Shown here piece after piece: positions 13,011-26,313 of a stretch of 64,000 nucleotides of DNA. The DNA lies in the NCBI GenBank assembly GCA_964016885.1, contig OZ024766.1:17298001-17362000 (forward strand), in the 5' to 3' direction. Each line of letters opens with the position of its first letter. Within the stretch, counting starts at the first letter, position 1. Origin of the DNA: Eledone cirrhosa. Lineage: Eukaryota. The notes under the pieces were generated by a model. That model saw nothing but the letters and a program-made list of their open reading frames with translations, was not told the DNA's origin and ran no database searches. The translations under genes were made by a program, and so were the position numbers.

Positions 13011-14963
13011 TATCATCATCATCATCATCATCATCGTTTAACGTCTGTGTTCCATGCTTGTATGGGTTTGGACGGGAGTTTTCCCACTTGAGGCAAGAGT
13101 GGTTGTCTTGCTCGCATAGGACTGTCTGGCGGGTTTTCTACAGTTGTATGCCCTTCCTAACACCAACCACATTTACAGTGTGGGGCTGGGAGGTTTTTAC
13201 CGTGTTGCCTACACGGCCACATTACAGCGTGGACTGTCTGGCGGGTTTTCTACAGCTGGATGCCCTTCCTAACACCAACCACATTTACAGTGTGGGACTG
13301 GGAGGTTTTTACCGTGTTGCCTACACGGTCACATTACAGCGTGGACTGTGTGTTTTTTGTCGTGACACCTACACGATCTCATTTGTTTCGGCCTGGATTT
13401 TGTGGCACCAACATAACTTTACATTGAAAGGGGCGGTGTGGATGGGGTGGGGGTGGTGGGACGGGGGTGTATTTTGTTAGAGATGCCTACTGACTGTAGT
13501 AGGTTTTACTTTGTATTTAGGTAAGGCGGGTCTTCTCTATTACTGAGTACCGCCAAAGCTCTCGGTCCAGTGACATTGTCTTGGAGAGGTGTAAGTGTGT
13601 GAGGTCGGAATTTATCAGCTCGTCCCAGGTTTTTCTGGGTCTGCCTACTCCATGGCTACCGTCTATCTTTATTGCCCTGCACTTTGCTATACAGCTGTCG
13701 TCTTTCATGCGCGTCACGTGACCATACCAACGTAGCCTTCTCTCGAGTAAACAACATCTGATTCCTCTTATTTCTAATTTTTTCCTTAGTTCGTTTATGC
13801 TTTGCCGTTCGCGTATATTACTATTACACATACAGCGGAGCATGCAAGCTTCGTTCCTCTCTAGTCTGCGTATATCCTCTGCACACAATGCCCAGGTCTC
13901 ACTGCCATGCAACATTGCTGTTCGTATGCAGGCATCATACAACCTGCCTTTCATTTTTAGGAAGAACCCTTTAGCGGCTAATAGTGGTATAAGCTCTCTG
14001 AACTTTTTCCATCCAGTTCTGACTCTAGCTACTGTACTTTCGGAGCACCCTCCCCCACTGCTGATTTTATCACCCAGGTAACGGAAGCTGTCCACTATTT
14101 CTATAGAACCCTCTGCGCAGTTGAAAGAGCTAGTATTTTGTGTGCACTTGCTGCTACTTATTGCACCAGAGCACCGGCCACATGTAAAATCTGTGTTCTT
14201 AGTTAGCTTACCTGTGATCCCACTACATCTTTTATGCACCCATACTTTGCATTTGGGACATAAAATGGAGTTTCTACCTACGCCTTTCCTACACACTGAG
14301 CATGGCCATTTCCCGGAAGGGACCGGCGCCTTATTTTCTTTCCTACAAACTAGAACTTTAGTCTTAGCCATGTTAATTTTAAGGCCTTTTGATTCTAGGC
14401 CATGCTTCCATGTTTGGAATTTCTTCTCTAGCTCGGCCATTGATTCAGCTATGAGCGTTAGGTCATCTGCGTATAGGAGTTCCCATGGGCAGCCGGTCTT
14501 GAACTCCTCTGTTATAGCCTGAAGAGCAATAATGAATAGTAGGGGGCTGAGAACAGAGCCCTGATGGACGCCAACTTTTACGCTAAACTCTTCACTATAT
14601 TCGTTGTTAATTCTAGCCTTGCTGACTGTTTCTTTATACATGGCTTGTATAGCTCTCACAAGCCATTCGTCAACACCTAGTTTTCTAAGAGCCCACCAGA
14701 TAATGGAACGGGGGACTCTGTCGAAGGCTTTCTCCATGTCGACAAAGGCTAAGTATAGGGGTTTACTTTTAGCTAGGTACTTCTCCTGTAGTTGTCGTAC
14801 AATGAAAAGAGCGTCTGTGGTACTTTTACCTGACACAAACCCGAACTGCATTTCATCTAGATCAATTCTCTCTCTGATTAGTTGCACTATTACTTTTTCC
14901 GTCACCTTCATGACCTGGTCGATTAATTTAATCCCTCTATAGTTACTCCTATCAAAGGCGTCA
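13011..14963 (-). mobile_element. 5'-truncated RTE LINE (RT domain, PHD-like finger, 3' UTR, tail); reading frame open from the truncation at ~14963 to the stop at 13517
   Basis: NYRGIKL, QFGF, FVDMEKAFDRV, GVHQGSVLSPLLF, LLYADD; CxxC...CxxC...HxxC...CxxC finger; no endonuclease; both ends lie in (TA)n. Confidence 0.95.
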
Positions 14964-15091
14964 TATATATATATATAAAAACACTCACACATAAACACAC
15001 ACACAAACACACGCACATAAAATCACGCACATAAACACACACACATAAACACACATATATAAATAACACGTTCACTCATGTTGTCCTCATC

Positions 15092-15278
15092 ATTGGCAGT
15101 ATCAGTAGAGGGTCGGACGCCATGCTTTCTAGCATAGAGTTACGTCCCTTTACGATCTGAGTTCAAATCCCGCCGAGGTTAACTTTGCCTTTCATCCTTA
15201 CAGGGTCGATAAAATAAAGTACCAGTAATGCACTGGGTAATTGCTGGCCTTGTGCCTAAAGTAGAAACAATTATATTT
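15092..15278 (+). mobile_element. SINE, same family as 11457-11650
   Basis: TGGCAGTATCAGTAGAG (A-box-like), GAGTTCAAATCCC (B box), GCCTTTCATCC...GGGTCGATAAAATAAAGTACCAG. Confidence 0.75.
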
Positions 15279-15346
15279 TAACATCTACACACCCCACCCC
15301 ATCCACCCTTTTCCATTCCATCCACTGTGTTGATGGCATAACGGCC

Positions 15347-18300
15347 CACACTGTAAAGTGGTCATGTAGGGGTCACGACAAAAAGTACCCAGCCCACACT
15401 GTAAAGTGGTCATGTAGGGGTCACGACAAACAGCACCCAGTCCACACTGTAAAGTGGTCATGTAGGTGTCACAACAAAAAGTACCCAGTCCACACTGTAA
15501 AGTGGTCATGTAGGGGTCACGACAAAAAGTACCCAGTCCACACTGTAAAGTGGTCATGTAGGTGTCACAACAAACAGCACCCAGTCCACACTGTAAAGTG
15601 GTCATGTAGGTGTCACAACAAAAAGTACCCAGTCCACACTGTAAAGTGGTCATGTAGGTGTCACAACAAACAGCACCCAGTCCACACTGTAAAGTGGTCA
15701 TGTAGGTGTCACAACAAAAAGTACCCAGTCCACACTGTAAAGTGGTCATGTAGGTGTCACAACAAACAGCACCCAGTCCACACTGTAAAGTGGTCATGTA
15801 GGTGTCACAACAAACAGCACCCAGTCCACACTGTAAAGTGGTCATGTAGGTGTCACAACAAAAAGTACCCAGTCCACACTGTAAAGTGGTCATGTAGGTG
15901 TCACAACAAACAGCACCCAGTCCACACTGTAAAGTGGTCATGTAGGTGTCACAACAAAAAGTACCCAGTCCACACTGTAAAGTGGTCATGTAGGTGTCAC
16001 AACAAACAGCACCCAGTCCACACTGTAAAGTGGTCATGTAGGTGTCACAACAAATAGCACCCAGTCCACACTGTAAAGTGGTCATGTAGGTGTCACAACA
16101 AATAGCACCCAGTCCACACTGTAAAGTGGTCATGTAGGTGTCACAACAAACAGCACCCAGTCCACACTGTAAAGTGGTCATGTAGGTGTCACAACAAAAA
16201 GTACCCAGTCCACACTGTAAAGTGGCCATGTAGGTGTCACAACAAAAAGTACCCAGTCCACACTGTAAAGTGGTCATGTAGGTGTCACAACAAAAAGTAC
16301 CCAGTCCACACTGTAAAGTGGTCATGTAGGTGTCACAACAAAAAGTACCCAGTCCACACTGTAAAGTGGTCATGTAGGTGTCACAACAAAAAGCACCCAG
16401 TCCACACTGTAAAGTGGTCATGTAGGGGTCACGACAAAAAGTACCCAGTCTACACTGTAAAGTGGTCATGTAGGTGTCACAACAAAAAGTACCCAGTCCA
16501 CACTGTAAAGTGGTCATGTAGGGGTCACAACAAAAAGTACCCAGTCTACACTGTAAAGTGGTCATGTAGGGGTCACGACAAACAGCACCCAGTCCACACT
16601 GTAAAGTGGTCATGTAGGTGTCACAACAAATAGTACCCAGTCCACACTGTAAAGTGGTCATGTAGGTGTCACAACAAAAAGTACCCAGTCTACACTGTAA
16701 AGTGGTCATGTAGGTGTCACAACAAATAGTACCCAGTCCACACTGTAAAGTGGTCATGTAGGTGTCACAACAAATAGTACCCAGTCCACACTGTAAAGTG
16801 GTCATGTAGGTGTCACAACAAATAGTACCCAGTCCACACTGTAAAGTGGTCATGTAGGTGTCACAACAAAAAGTACCCAGTCCACACTGTAAAGTGGTCA
16901 TGTAGGTGTCACAACAAAAAGTACCCAGTCCACACTGTAAAGTGGTCATGTAGGGGTCACAACAAAAAGTACCCAGTCTACACTGTAAAGTGGTCATGTA
17001 GGTGTCACAACAAAAAGTACCCAGTCCACACTGTAAAGTGGTCATGTAGGGGTCACAACAAAAAGCACCCAGTCCACACTGTAAAGTGGTCATGTAGGTG
17101 TCACAACAAAAAGTACCCAGTCCACACTGTAAAGTGGTCATGTAGGTGTCACAACAAAAAGTACCCAGTCTACACTGTAAAGTGGTCATGTAGGTGTCAC
17201 AACAAAAGGTACCCAGTCCACACTGTAAAGTGGTCATGTAGGGGTCACAACAAAAAGTACCCAGTCTACACTGTAAAGTGGTCATGTAGGGGTCACGACA
17301 AAAAGCACCCAGTCCACACTGTAAAGTGGTCATGTAGGTGTCACAACAAAAAGTACCCAGTCCACACTGTAAAGTGGTCATGTAGGTGTCACAACAAAAA
17401 GTACCCAGTCTACACTGTAAAGTGGTCATGTAGGTGTCACAACAAAAAGTACCCAGTCCACACTGTAAAGTGGTCATGTAGGGGTCACAACAAAAAGTAC
17501 CCAGTCTACACTGTAAAGTGGTCATGTAGGGGTCACGACAAACAGCACCCAGTCCACACTGTAAAGTGGTCATGTAGGTGTCACAACAAATAGTACCCAG
17601 TCCACTCTGTAAAGTGGTCATGTAGGTGTCACAACAAAAAGTACACAGTCCACACTGTAAAGTGGTCATGTAGGTGTCACAACAAACAGCACCCAGTCCA
17701 CACTGTAAAGTGGTCATGTAGGTGTCACAACAAAAAGTACCCAGTCCACACTGTAAAGTGGTCATGTAGGTGTCACAACAAAAAGTACCCAGTCCACACT
17801 GTAAAGTGGTCATGTAGGTGTCACAACAAAAAGTACCCAGTCCACACTGTAAAGTGGTCATGTAGGTGTCACGACAAAAAGTACCCAGTCCACACTGTAA
17901 AGTGGTCATGTAGGGGTCACGACAAATAGTACCCAGTCCACACTGTAAAGTGGTCATGTAGGGGTCACGACAAATAGTACCCAGCCCACACTGTAAAGTG
18001 GTCATGTAGGTGACACAACAAAAAGTACCCAGTCCACACTGTAAAGTGGTCATGTAGGGGTCACAACAAAAAGTACCCAGTCCACACTGTAAAGTGGTCA
18101 TGTAGGTGTCACAACAAACAGTACCCAGTCCACACTGTAAAGTGGTCATGTAGGGGTCACGACAAACAGCACCCAGTCCACACTGTAAAGAGGTCATGTA
18201 GGGGTCACAACAAACAGCACCCAGTCCACACTGTAAAGTGGTCATGTAGGGGTCACAACAAAAAGTACCCAGTCCACACTGTAAAGTGGTCATGTAGGTG

Positions 18301-21300
18301 TCACAACAAACAGTACCCAGTCCACACTGTAAAGAGGTCATGTAGGGGTCACAACAAACAGCACCCAGTCCACACTGTAAAGTGGTCATGTAGGGGTCAC
18401 AATAAAAAGTACCCAGTCCACACTGTAAAGTGGTCATGTAGGGGTCACGACAAATAGCACCCAGTCCACACTGTAAAGTGGTCATGTAGGTGTCACAACA
18501 AAAAGTACCCAGTCCACACTGTAAAGTGGTCATGTAGGTGTCACAACAAAAGGTACCCAGTCCACACTGTAAAGTGGTCATGTAGGTGTCACAACAAAAA
18601 GCTCCCAGTCCACACTGTAAAGTGGTCATGTAGGTGCCACAACAAAAAGTACCCAGTCCACACTGTAAAGTGGTCGTGTAGGTGTCACAACAAACAGCAC
18701 CCAGTCCACACTGTAAAGTGGTCATGTAGGTGTCACAACAAAAAGTACCCAGTCCACACTGTAAAGTGGTCATGTAGGTGTCACAACAAAAAGTACCCAG
18801 TCCACACTGTAAAGTGGTCATGTAGGTGTCACAACAAACAGCACCCAGTCCACACTGTAAAGTGGTCATGTAGGTGTCACAACAAAAAGCACCCAGCCCA
18901 CACTGTAAAGTGGTCATGTAGGTGTCACAACAAAAAGTACCCAGCCCACACTGTAAAGTGGTCATGTAGGGGTCACAACAAACAGCAACCAGTCCACACT
19001 GTAAAGTGGTCATGTAGGTGTCACAATAAAAAGCACCCAGCCCACACTGTAAAGTGGTCATGTAGGTGTCACAACAAAAAGTACCCAGCCCACACTGTAA
19101 AGTGGTCATGTAGGGGTCACAACAAACAGCACCCAGTCCACACTGTAAAGTGGTCATGTAGGTGTCACAATAAAAAGTACCCAGTCCACACTGTAAAGTG
19201 GTCATGTAGGTGTCACAACAAGAAGTACCCAGTCCACACTGTAAAGTGGTCATGTAGGTGTCACAACAAAAAGTACCCAGTCCACACTGTAAAGTGGTCA
19301 TGTAGGTGTCACAACAAAAAGTACCCAGCCCACACTGTAAAGTGGTCATGTAGGGGTCACAACAAAAAGTACCCAGCCCACACTGTAAAGTGGTCATGTA
19401 GGTGTCACAACAAAAAGTACCCAGTCCACACTGTAAAGTGGTCATGTAGTTGTCACAACAAACAGCACCCAGTCCACACTGTAAAGTGGTTGTGTAGGTG
19501 TCACAACAAAAAGTACCCAGTCAACACTGTAAAGTGTTCATGTAGGTGTCACAACAAAAGGTACCCAGTCCGCACTGTAAAGTGGTCATGTAGGTGTCAC
19601 AACAAAAAGTACCCAGTCCACACTGTAAAGTGGTCATGTAGGTGTCACAACAAAAAGTACCCAGTCCACACTGTAAAGTGGTCATGTAGGTGTCACAACA
19701 AAAAGTACCCAGCCCACACTGCAAAGTGGTCATATAGGTGTCACAACAAACAGCACCCAGTCCACACTGTAAAGTGGTTGTGTAGGTGTCACAACAAAAA
19801 GTACCCAGTCCACACTGTAAAGTGGTCATGTACGTGTCACAACAAAAAGTACCCAGTCCACACTGTAAAGTGGTCATGTAGGTGTCACAACAAAAAGTAC
19901 CCAGTCCACACTGTAAAGTGGTCATGTAGGTGTCACGACAAAAAGTACCCAGCGCACACTGCAAAGTGGTCATATAGGTGTCACAACAAAAAGCACCCAG
20001 TCCACACTGTAAAGTGGTTGTGTAGGTGTCACAACAAAAAGTACCCAGTCCACACTGTAAAGTGGTCATGTAGAGGTCACAACAAAAGGTACTCAGTCCA
20101 CACTGTAAAGTGGTCATGTAGGTGTCACAACAAAAAGTACCCAGTCCACACTGTAAAGTGGTCATGTAGGTGTCACAACAAAAAGTACCCAGTCCACTCT
20201 GTAAAGTGGTCATGTAGGTGTCACGACAAAAAGTACCCAGTCCACACTGTAAAGTGGTCATGTAGGTGTCACAACAAAAATTACCCAGCCCACACTGTAA
20301 AGTGGTCATGTAGGTGTCACAACAAACAGCACCCAGTCCACACTGTAAAGTGGTCATGTAGGTGTCACAACAAAAAGTACCCAGTCCACACTGTAAAGTG
20401 GTCATGTAGGTGTCACAACAAAAAGTACCCAGCCCACACTGTAAAGTGGTCATATAGGTGTCACAACAAACAGCACCCAGTCCACACTGTAAAGTGGTCA
20501 TGTAGGTGTCACAACAAAAAGCACCCAGCCCACACTGTAAAGTGGTCATGTAGGTGTCACAACAAAAAGTACCCAGCCCACACTGTAAAGTGGTCATGTA
20601 GGGGTCACAACAAACAGCACCCAGTCCACACTGTAAAGTGGTCATGTAGGTGTCACAATAAAAAGCACCCAGCCCACACTGTAAAGTGGTCATGTAGGTG
20701 TCACAACAAAAAGTACCCAGCCCACACTGTAAAGTGGTCATGTAGGGGTCACAACAAACAGCACCCAGTCCACACTGTAAAGTGGTCATGTAGGTGTCAC
20801 AATAAAAAGTACCCAGTCCACACTGTAAAGTGGTCATGTAGGTGTCACAACAAGAAGTACCCAGTCCACACTGTAAAGTGGTCATGTAGGTGTCACAACA
20901 AAAAGTACCCAGTCCACACTGTAAAGTGGTCATGTAGGTGTCACAACAAAAAGTACCCAGCCCACACTGTAAAGTGGTCATGTAGGGGTCACAACAAAAA
21001 GTACCCAGCCCACACTGTAAAGTGGTCATGTAGGTGTCACAACAAAAAGTACCCAGTCCACACTGTAAAGTGGTCATGTAGTTGTCACAACAAACAGCAC
21101 CCAGTCCACACTGTAAAGTGGTTGTGTAGGTGTCACAACAAAAAGTACCCAGTCAACACTGTAAAGTGTTCATGTAGGTGTCACAACAAAAGGTACCCAG
21201 TCCGCACTGTAAAGTGGTCATGTAGGTGTCACAACAAAAAGTACCCAGTCCACACTGTAAAGTGGTCATGTAGGTGTCACAACAAAAAGTACCCAGTCCA

Positions 21301-22806
21301 CACTGTAAAGTGGTCATGTAGGTGTCACAACAAAAAGTACCCAGCCCACACTGCAAAGTGGTCATATAGGTGTCACAACAAACAGCACCCAGTCCACACT
21401 GTAAAGTGGTTGTGTAGGTGTCACAACAAAAAGTACCCAGTCCACACTGTAAAGTGGTCATGTACGTGTCACAACAAAAAGTACCCAGTCCACACTGTAA
21501 AGTGGTCATGTAGGTGTCACAACAAAAAGTACCCAGTCCACACTGTAAAGTGGTCATGTAGGTGTCACGACAAAAAGTACCCAGCGCACACTGCAAAGTG
21601 GTCATATAGGTGTCACAACAAAAAGCACCCAGTCCACACTGTAAAGTGGTTGTGTAGGTGTCACAACAAAAAGTACCCAGTCCACACTGTAAAGTGGTCA
21701 TGTAGAGGTCACAACAAAAGGTACTCAGTCCACACTGTAAAGTGGTCATGTAGGTGTCACAACAAAAAGTACCCAGTCCACACTGTAAAGTGGTCATGTA
21801 GGTGTCACAACAAAAAGTACCCAGTCCACTCTGTAAAGTGGTCATGTAGGTGTCACGACAAAAAGTACCCAGTCCACACTGTAAAGTGGTCATGTAGGTG
21901 TCACAACAAAAATTACCCAGCCCACACTGTAAAGTGGTCATGTAGGTGTCACAACAAACAGCACCCAGTCCACACTGTAAAGTGGTTGTGTAGGTGTCAC
22001 AACAAAAAGTACCCAGTCCACACTGTAAAGTGGTCATGTAGGTGTCACAACAAAAGGTACTCAGTCCACACTGTAAAGTGGTCATGTAGGTGTCACAACA
22101 AAAAGCACCCAGTCTACACTGTAAAGTGGTCATGTAGGTGTCACAACAAAAAGTACCCGGTCCACACTGTAAAGTGGTCATGTAGGTGTCACAACAAAAA
22201 GTACCCAGCCCACACTGTAAAGTGGTCATGTAGGTGTCACAACAAAAAGTACCCAGCCCACACTGTAAAGTGGTCATGTAGGTGTCACAACAGAAAGTAC
22301 CCAGTCCACTCTGTAAAGTGGTCATGTAGGTGTCACAACAGAAAGTACCCAGTCCACACTGTAAAGTGGTCATGTATGTGTCACAACAAATAGCACCCAG
22401 TCCACACTGTAAAGTGGTCATGTATGTGTCACAACAAATAGCACCCAGTCCACACTGTAAAGTGGTTTTGTAGGTGTCACAACAAAAAGTACCCAGTCCA
22501 CACTGTAAAGTGGTCATGTAGGTGTCACAACAAAAGGTACTCAGTCCACACTGTAAAGTGGTCATGTAGGTGTCACAACAAAAAGTACCCAGCCCACACT
22601 GTAAAGTGGTCATGTAGGTGTCACAACAAACAGCACCCAGTCCACACTGTAAAGTGGTTGTGTAGGTGTCACAACAAAAAGTACCCAGTCCACACTGTAA
22701 AGTGGTCATGTAGGTGTCACAACAGAAAGTACCCAGTCCACTCTGTAAAGTGATCATGTAGGTGTCACAACAAAAAGTACCCAGTCCACACTGTAAAGTG
22801 GTCATG
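15347..22806. repeat. 48-bp minisatellite array, ~155 copies (CACACTGTAAAGTGGTCATGTAGGTGTCACAACAAAAAGTACCCAGTC)
   Basis: 16-aa periodic pseudo-ORFs on both strands; internal 1632-bp (34-monomer) duplication. Confidence 0.97.
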
Positions 22807-22847
22807 ATGATGACAATGATGACATTAGTGATGATAAAGTTACTTAC

Positions 22848-22970
22848 CAATGCAAGTCCTTCCATTGAATATAAAGCCAGTCTGGCAGTTACAACCATAA
22901 CCCCCTAGTTGGTTTTCACAGCTACCATTCGGTGTACAAAGACTGGAGTCCTGTTCACATTCATCAACAT
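22848..22970 (-). CDS. cbEGF exon: [41 protein letters not shown]
   Basis: Pyrimidine tract + CAG acceptor, G|GTAAGT donor; 6 Cys with D-x-D-E-C and C-x-N-x-x-G-x-Y-x-C-x-C consensus. Confidence 0.92.
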
Positions 22971-23137
22971 CTGGAGTTTGACAGAGAGAAAAGAGGTTGG
23001 TTGATGAGATTGTTATTCTTTTTTTTCTTTCTTTGTTCCCTTTCCTATATATTTGTTTCTGTTTTCGTTCTTTTTATTTATTTGTGTGTTTACTGATTCA
23101 CTTTTTTAAAACATATTATATATTTTATTAACCATTT

Positions 23138-23635
23138 AGCATTTACATTACTCTATATATACTATTGTATTGTCACAGTAAAGGCTTTACCTCACATAAC
23201 ATTTACATTACTCTATATATACTATTGTATTTACACAGTAAAGGCTTTACCTCACATAATATCTCACATAACATTTACATTACTCTATATATACTATTGT
23301 ATTGTCACAGTAAAGGCTTTACCTCACATAACATTTACATTACTCTATATATACTATTGTATTGTCACAGTAAAGGCTTTACCTCACATAATATCTCACA
23401 TAACATTTATATTACTCTATATATACTATTGTATTTTCACAGTAAAGGCTTTACCTCACATAATATCTCACATAACATTTACATTATTCTATATATACTA
23501 TTGTATTTTCACAGTAAAGGCTTTACCTTACATAACATTTACATTACTCTATATATACTATTGTATTGTCACAGTAAAGGCTTTACCTCACATAATATCT
23601 CACATAGCATTTACATTATTCTATATATACTATTA
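23138..23635. repeat. 72-bp minisatellite with 60-bp variants; further arrays at ~30363-31673, 35237-36130, 38099-39052, 41468-42493, 44465-45346, 47572-48789, 51495-52376, 54283-55103, 57978-58786, 60683-61564
   Basis: Unit CACAGTAAAGGCTTTACCTCACATAATATCTCACATAACATTTACATTACTCTATATATACTATTGTATTGT; gives the YCHSKGFTSHNI pseudo-ORFs. Confidence 0.95.
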
Positions 23636-23674
23636 AAACCCACAAGCAGGTAATACATACATCTCTGTCTCTCT

Positions 23675-23729
<55 letters not shown>

Positions 23730-23732
<3 letters not shown>

Positions 23733-23850
23733 ACGAGTATGACCCCGACGGCAGAGCTCAAGCCGTTTCCACGGCTATTTCTGGACTGAATTACTCCAGA
23801 ATTAGTCGTTGAAATGGCTTGAGCTCTGCCGTCGGGGTCATACTTGTTCC
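23730..23850. repeat. 121-bp imperfect palindrome (MITE-like), one per cassette; copies start at 31754, 36195, 39121, 42562, 45417, 48866, 52447, 55208, 58859, 61629
   Basis: GGACGAGTATGACCCCGACGGCAGAGCTCAAGCCGTTTC...GAAATGGCTTGAGCTCTGCCGTCGGGGTCATACTTGTTCC, flanked by TA. Confidence 0.9.
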
Positions 23851-23968
23851 TATTACCCATTCTACTACCTTAAGTATTGAGTACTTTGGTGCATTATGGT
23901 CCATTTGGTTCCTTACCACATTTCCTTCGTTATATATATATATGTATATATATACATACAGACATACA

Positions 23969-24052
23969 TACAGGATGTCCCCCTAAAATGGATACACTTT
24001 CTATGAGAATGCTGTTGAAGTGTGCATGCGTTTTTGGGGGACATCCTTGCAT
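23969..24052. mobile_element. ~80-bp Tc1/mariner-type MITE remnant, one per cassette
   Basis: TA-CAGGATGTCCCCCTAAAA...TTTTTGGGGGACATCCT terminal inverted repeats resembling CAGGGTGTCCC mariner-type ends. Confidence 0.55.
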
Positions 24053-24068
24053 ATATACACATACATGC

Positions 24069-24213
<145 letters not shown>

Positions 24214-25017
24214 AAAACATACGACAAGGAAGGTCGCTTGCCCACGTCTTGACCGAACAAAATATATTTTCACCAAAAACTGCCCTTTAAACACATGTCA
24301 GATGGATTACAATATTCATTATCACAATTACTTTCACTGTTCCCTGACAACTAGTACCAGTTTCAAGATAGAATTATCTTAACGAAGTATATATAATTTC
24401 ACTTGATTTTCGCCAACGAACCACGTGTGGACATGGACGGGGAAAAAAAGGAAAATAAAACAAAACAAATCACTACGTCCCTTAAGGATCGCAGTAAGTA
24501 CTCCACAAAACATATAAACAACAATATACACACAGACTTATATACAGATACATACCATATGCATATACACACACGTGAAAAGAAACCACACTATTGCGTG
24601 TGAGACACTATACCGGCCAATTTTACCAATTTACATTGGTAAAATATTTCTTAACATTGACCTCGCTTCTAACCCACATACACCTTTTAATTATATATAT
24701 ATATATACTAGCAGCTGAAAGTTAATAATTTGAAAAAAAAATATTATTGAAAGTTTACTATAAAGAAGCAGTATCAGGGGAAAAAAAAAAAAAAAAAAAC
24801 CTTATTTCGCTGTTAATAAACAACTGCCTTCTACAGTACGTTTCATTTAACTTACACAGCATATTTATTTGTTTACATGTAATGTAATTCAGACTCTTCT
24901 GTACACACACAACATTTAGGAAAACGGAAACAAAATACACAAAAAAACAGACATTTTATTTCTATCGTAATCAAGTGCGCTAAACCTATATTGTTTCCAT
25001 TCTGTGTTTTTCTACGG

Positions 25018-26313
25018 ATGGGTAGAAATAACAAAATTGCCATGGTGATATCCATCGATGAAATATGCGACAAAACCGGTCGATGTCCCAAGATAGAACA
25101 TTGCCCAGAAAATCACATCTGCCATATCTGTGCGGAACCCGAAAACTCGTTCCGTAATCGCTGGGTCGAATGTGGAACCTGTCGCATCTCTGTCTGCCTT
25201 CAATGCGCCACAGGCTTCCGGAGGATCCCAGGCCAAAAAAAGAGACATCATAATGCTATGATGGATGGAATATGGGAGATGGTCCAGCTAAAATCCTGGT
25301 CCTTCCAGTGTCTGGCCTGTGTGCCAGCCTCCACGAATGTTATTAATGTTGTTGAAAAACAACAACAACCAATGACTGTGTCTTCCTCTACCATTGTTAC
25401 TGAACAACGGCAAAAACCCATGACACTGGCTTCTACTGTTATTCCTGTGGGAGAACATCAGAAACAACAACAACCCATGTCTTCCACTCCCAGTACATCT
25501 CGACACCAACAACTGGTGACTGTGTCTTCCCCTACCATTCCCGTGGAGGAACATCATCATCACCAACAACAACAACAGCAACAACCTGCGACTGTGTCCT
25601 CCCCTGCCATTCCCGTGGAGGAACATCATCATCACCAACAACGACAGCAGCAGCAGCAGCAGCAGCAACAACAACAACAACCGACCAGTACAGATTTTGC
25701 GGAACTGCAACTAATGATTTCTGCTCTGAGAAGGGAAGTTGCAGGAATAGAGGCAAGCATTCGGGTAGGACCCCACAATGAGGGGTCTTATCGGAATGCC
25801 TTGCTAAAGAATCTCCCTGTACCTCTTGCTGGAAAGACTGAAAAGACTGCGGAATCTGCTACCCATGAAGTGATTGCCATTGGGGTCCCAGAGGACAAGG
25901 CTGATCTTCAGGCATTTGCTGCCAGCTCAGCCAAAGACCTAGGCTGTGTTCCCCCAAAGGGTGCCCTCCGCCTTGGTCGACCTGGTCCAAAACCCAGACT
26001 CATCAGGCTGTCTTTCTCGGACCCCGCAGAGGCAACCTCATATCATCTGGCCTCTGCTAAAGCTGGGCGTGAAAATCGGATTACCTTCCAAACACGCCCA
26101 GGCCTACCACCCCATGTACGTCCAAAACTACGTGCTGCAGCTTCCTTGAATCAGAACTCAGCACAAGATGAAAGTTTCAGTCTGCGTGATGATGGGCAGA
26201 TCTGGAGGTTTGTCAAGGCTGGTGAAACGTGGAAGAGAAATACCAGCTGGTCTGAGTGTGATCTACCCACAATAACTGGCAATGTAAAAACTGCTACAAC
26301 TCTGGGAAACTAA
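25018..26313 (+). CDS. CR1 ORF1p (PHD-like zinc finger, Gln/His-rich repeats, coiled coil)
   Basis: First ATG at 25018; CHIC...WVECGTC...CLQC...FQCLAC; LQLMISALRREVAGIE; RLG...PRLIRLSF motif typical of CR1/L2 ORF1. Confidence 0.85.
   Translation: MGRNNKIAMVISIDEICDKTGRCPKIEHCPENHICHICAEPENSFRNRWVECGTCRISVCLQCATGFRRIPGQKKRHHNAMMDGIWEMVQLKSWSFQCLACVPASTNVINVVEKQQQPMTVSSSTIVTEQRQKPMTLASTVIPVGEHQKQQQPMSSTPSTSRHQQLVTVSSPTIPVEEHHHHQQQQQQQPATVSSPAIPVEEHHHHQQRQQQQQQQQQQQQPTSTDFAELQLMISALRREVAGIEASIRVGPHNEGSYRNALLKNLPVPLAGKTEKTAESATHEVIAIGVPEDKADLQAFAASSAKDLGCVPPKGALRLGRPGPKPRLIRLSFSDPAEATSYHLASAKAGRENRITFQTRPGLPPHVRPKLRAAASLNQNSAQDESFSLRDDGQIWRFVKAGETWKRNTSWSECDLPTITGNVKTATTLGN

Noticed and set aside
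23168-23635. GAG|GTAAAG donor-like motif in each 72-bp unit on the gene's sense strand as splice decoys
   Set aside because: Weak match to consensus, no paired acceptor and no evidence of use.
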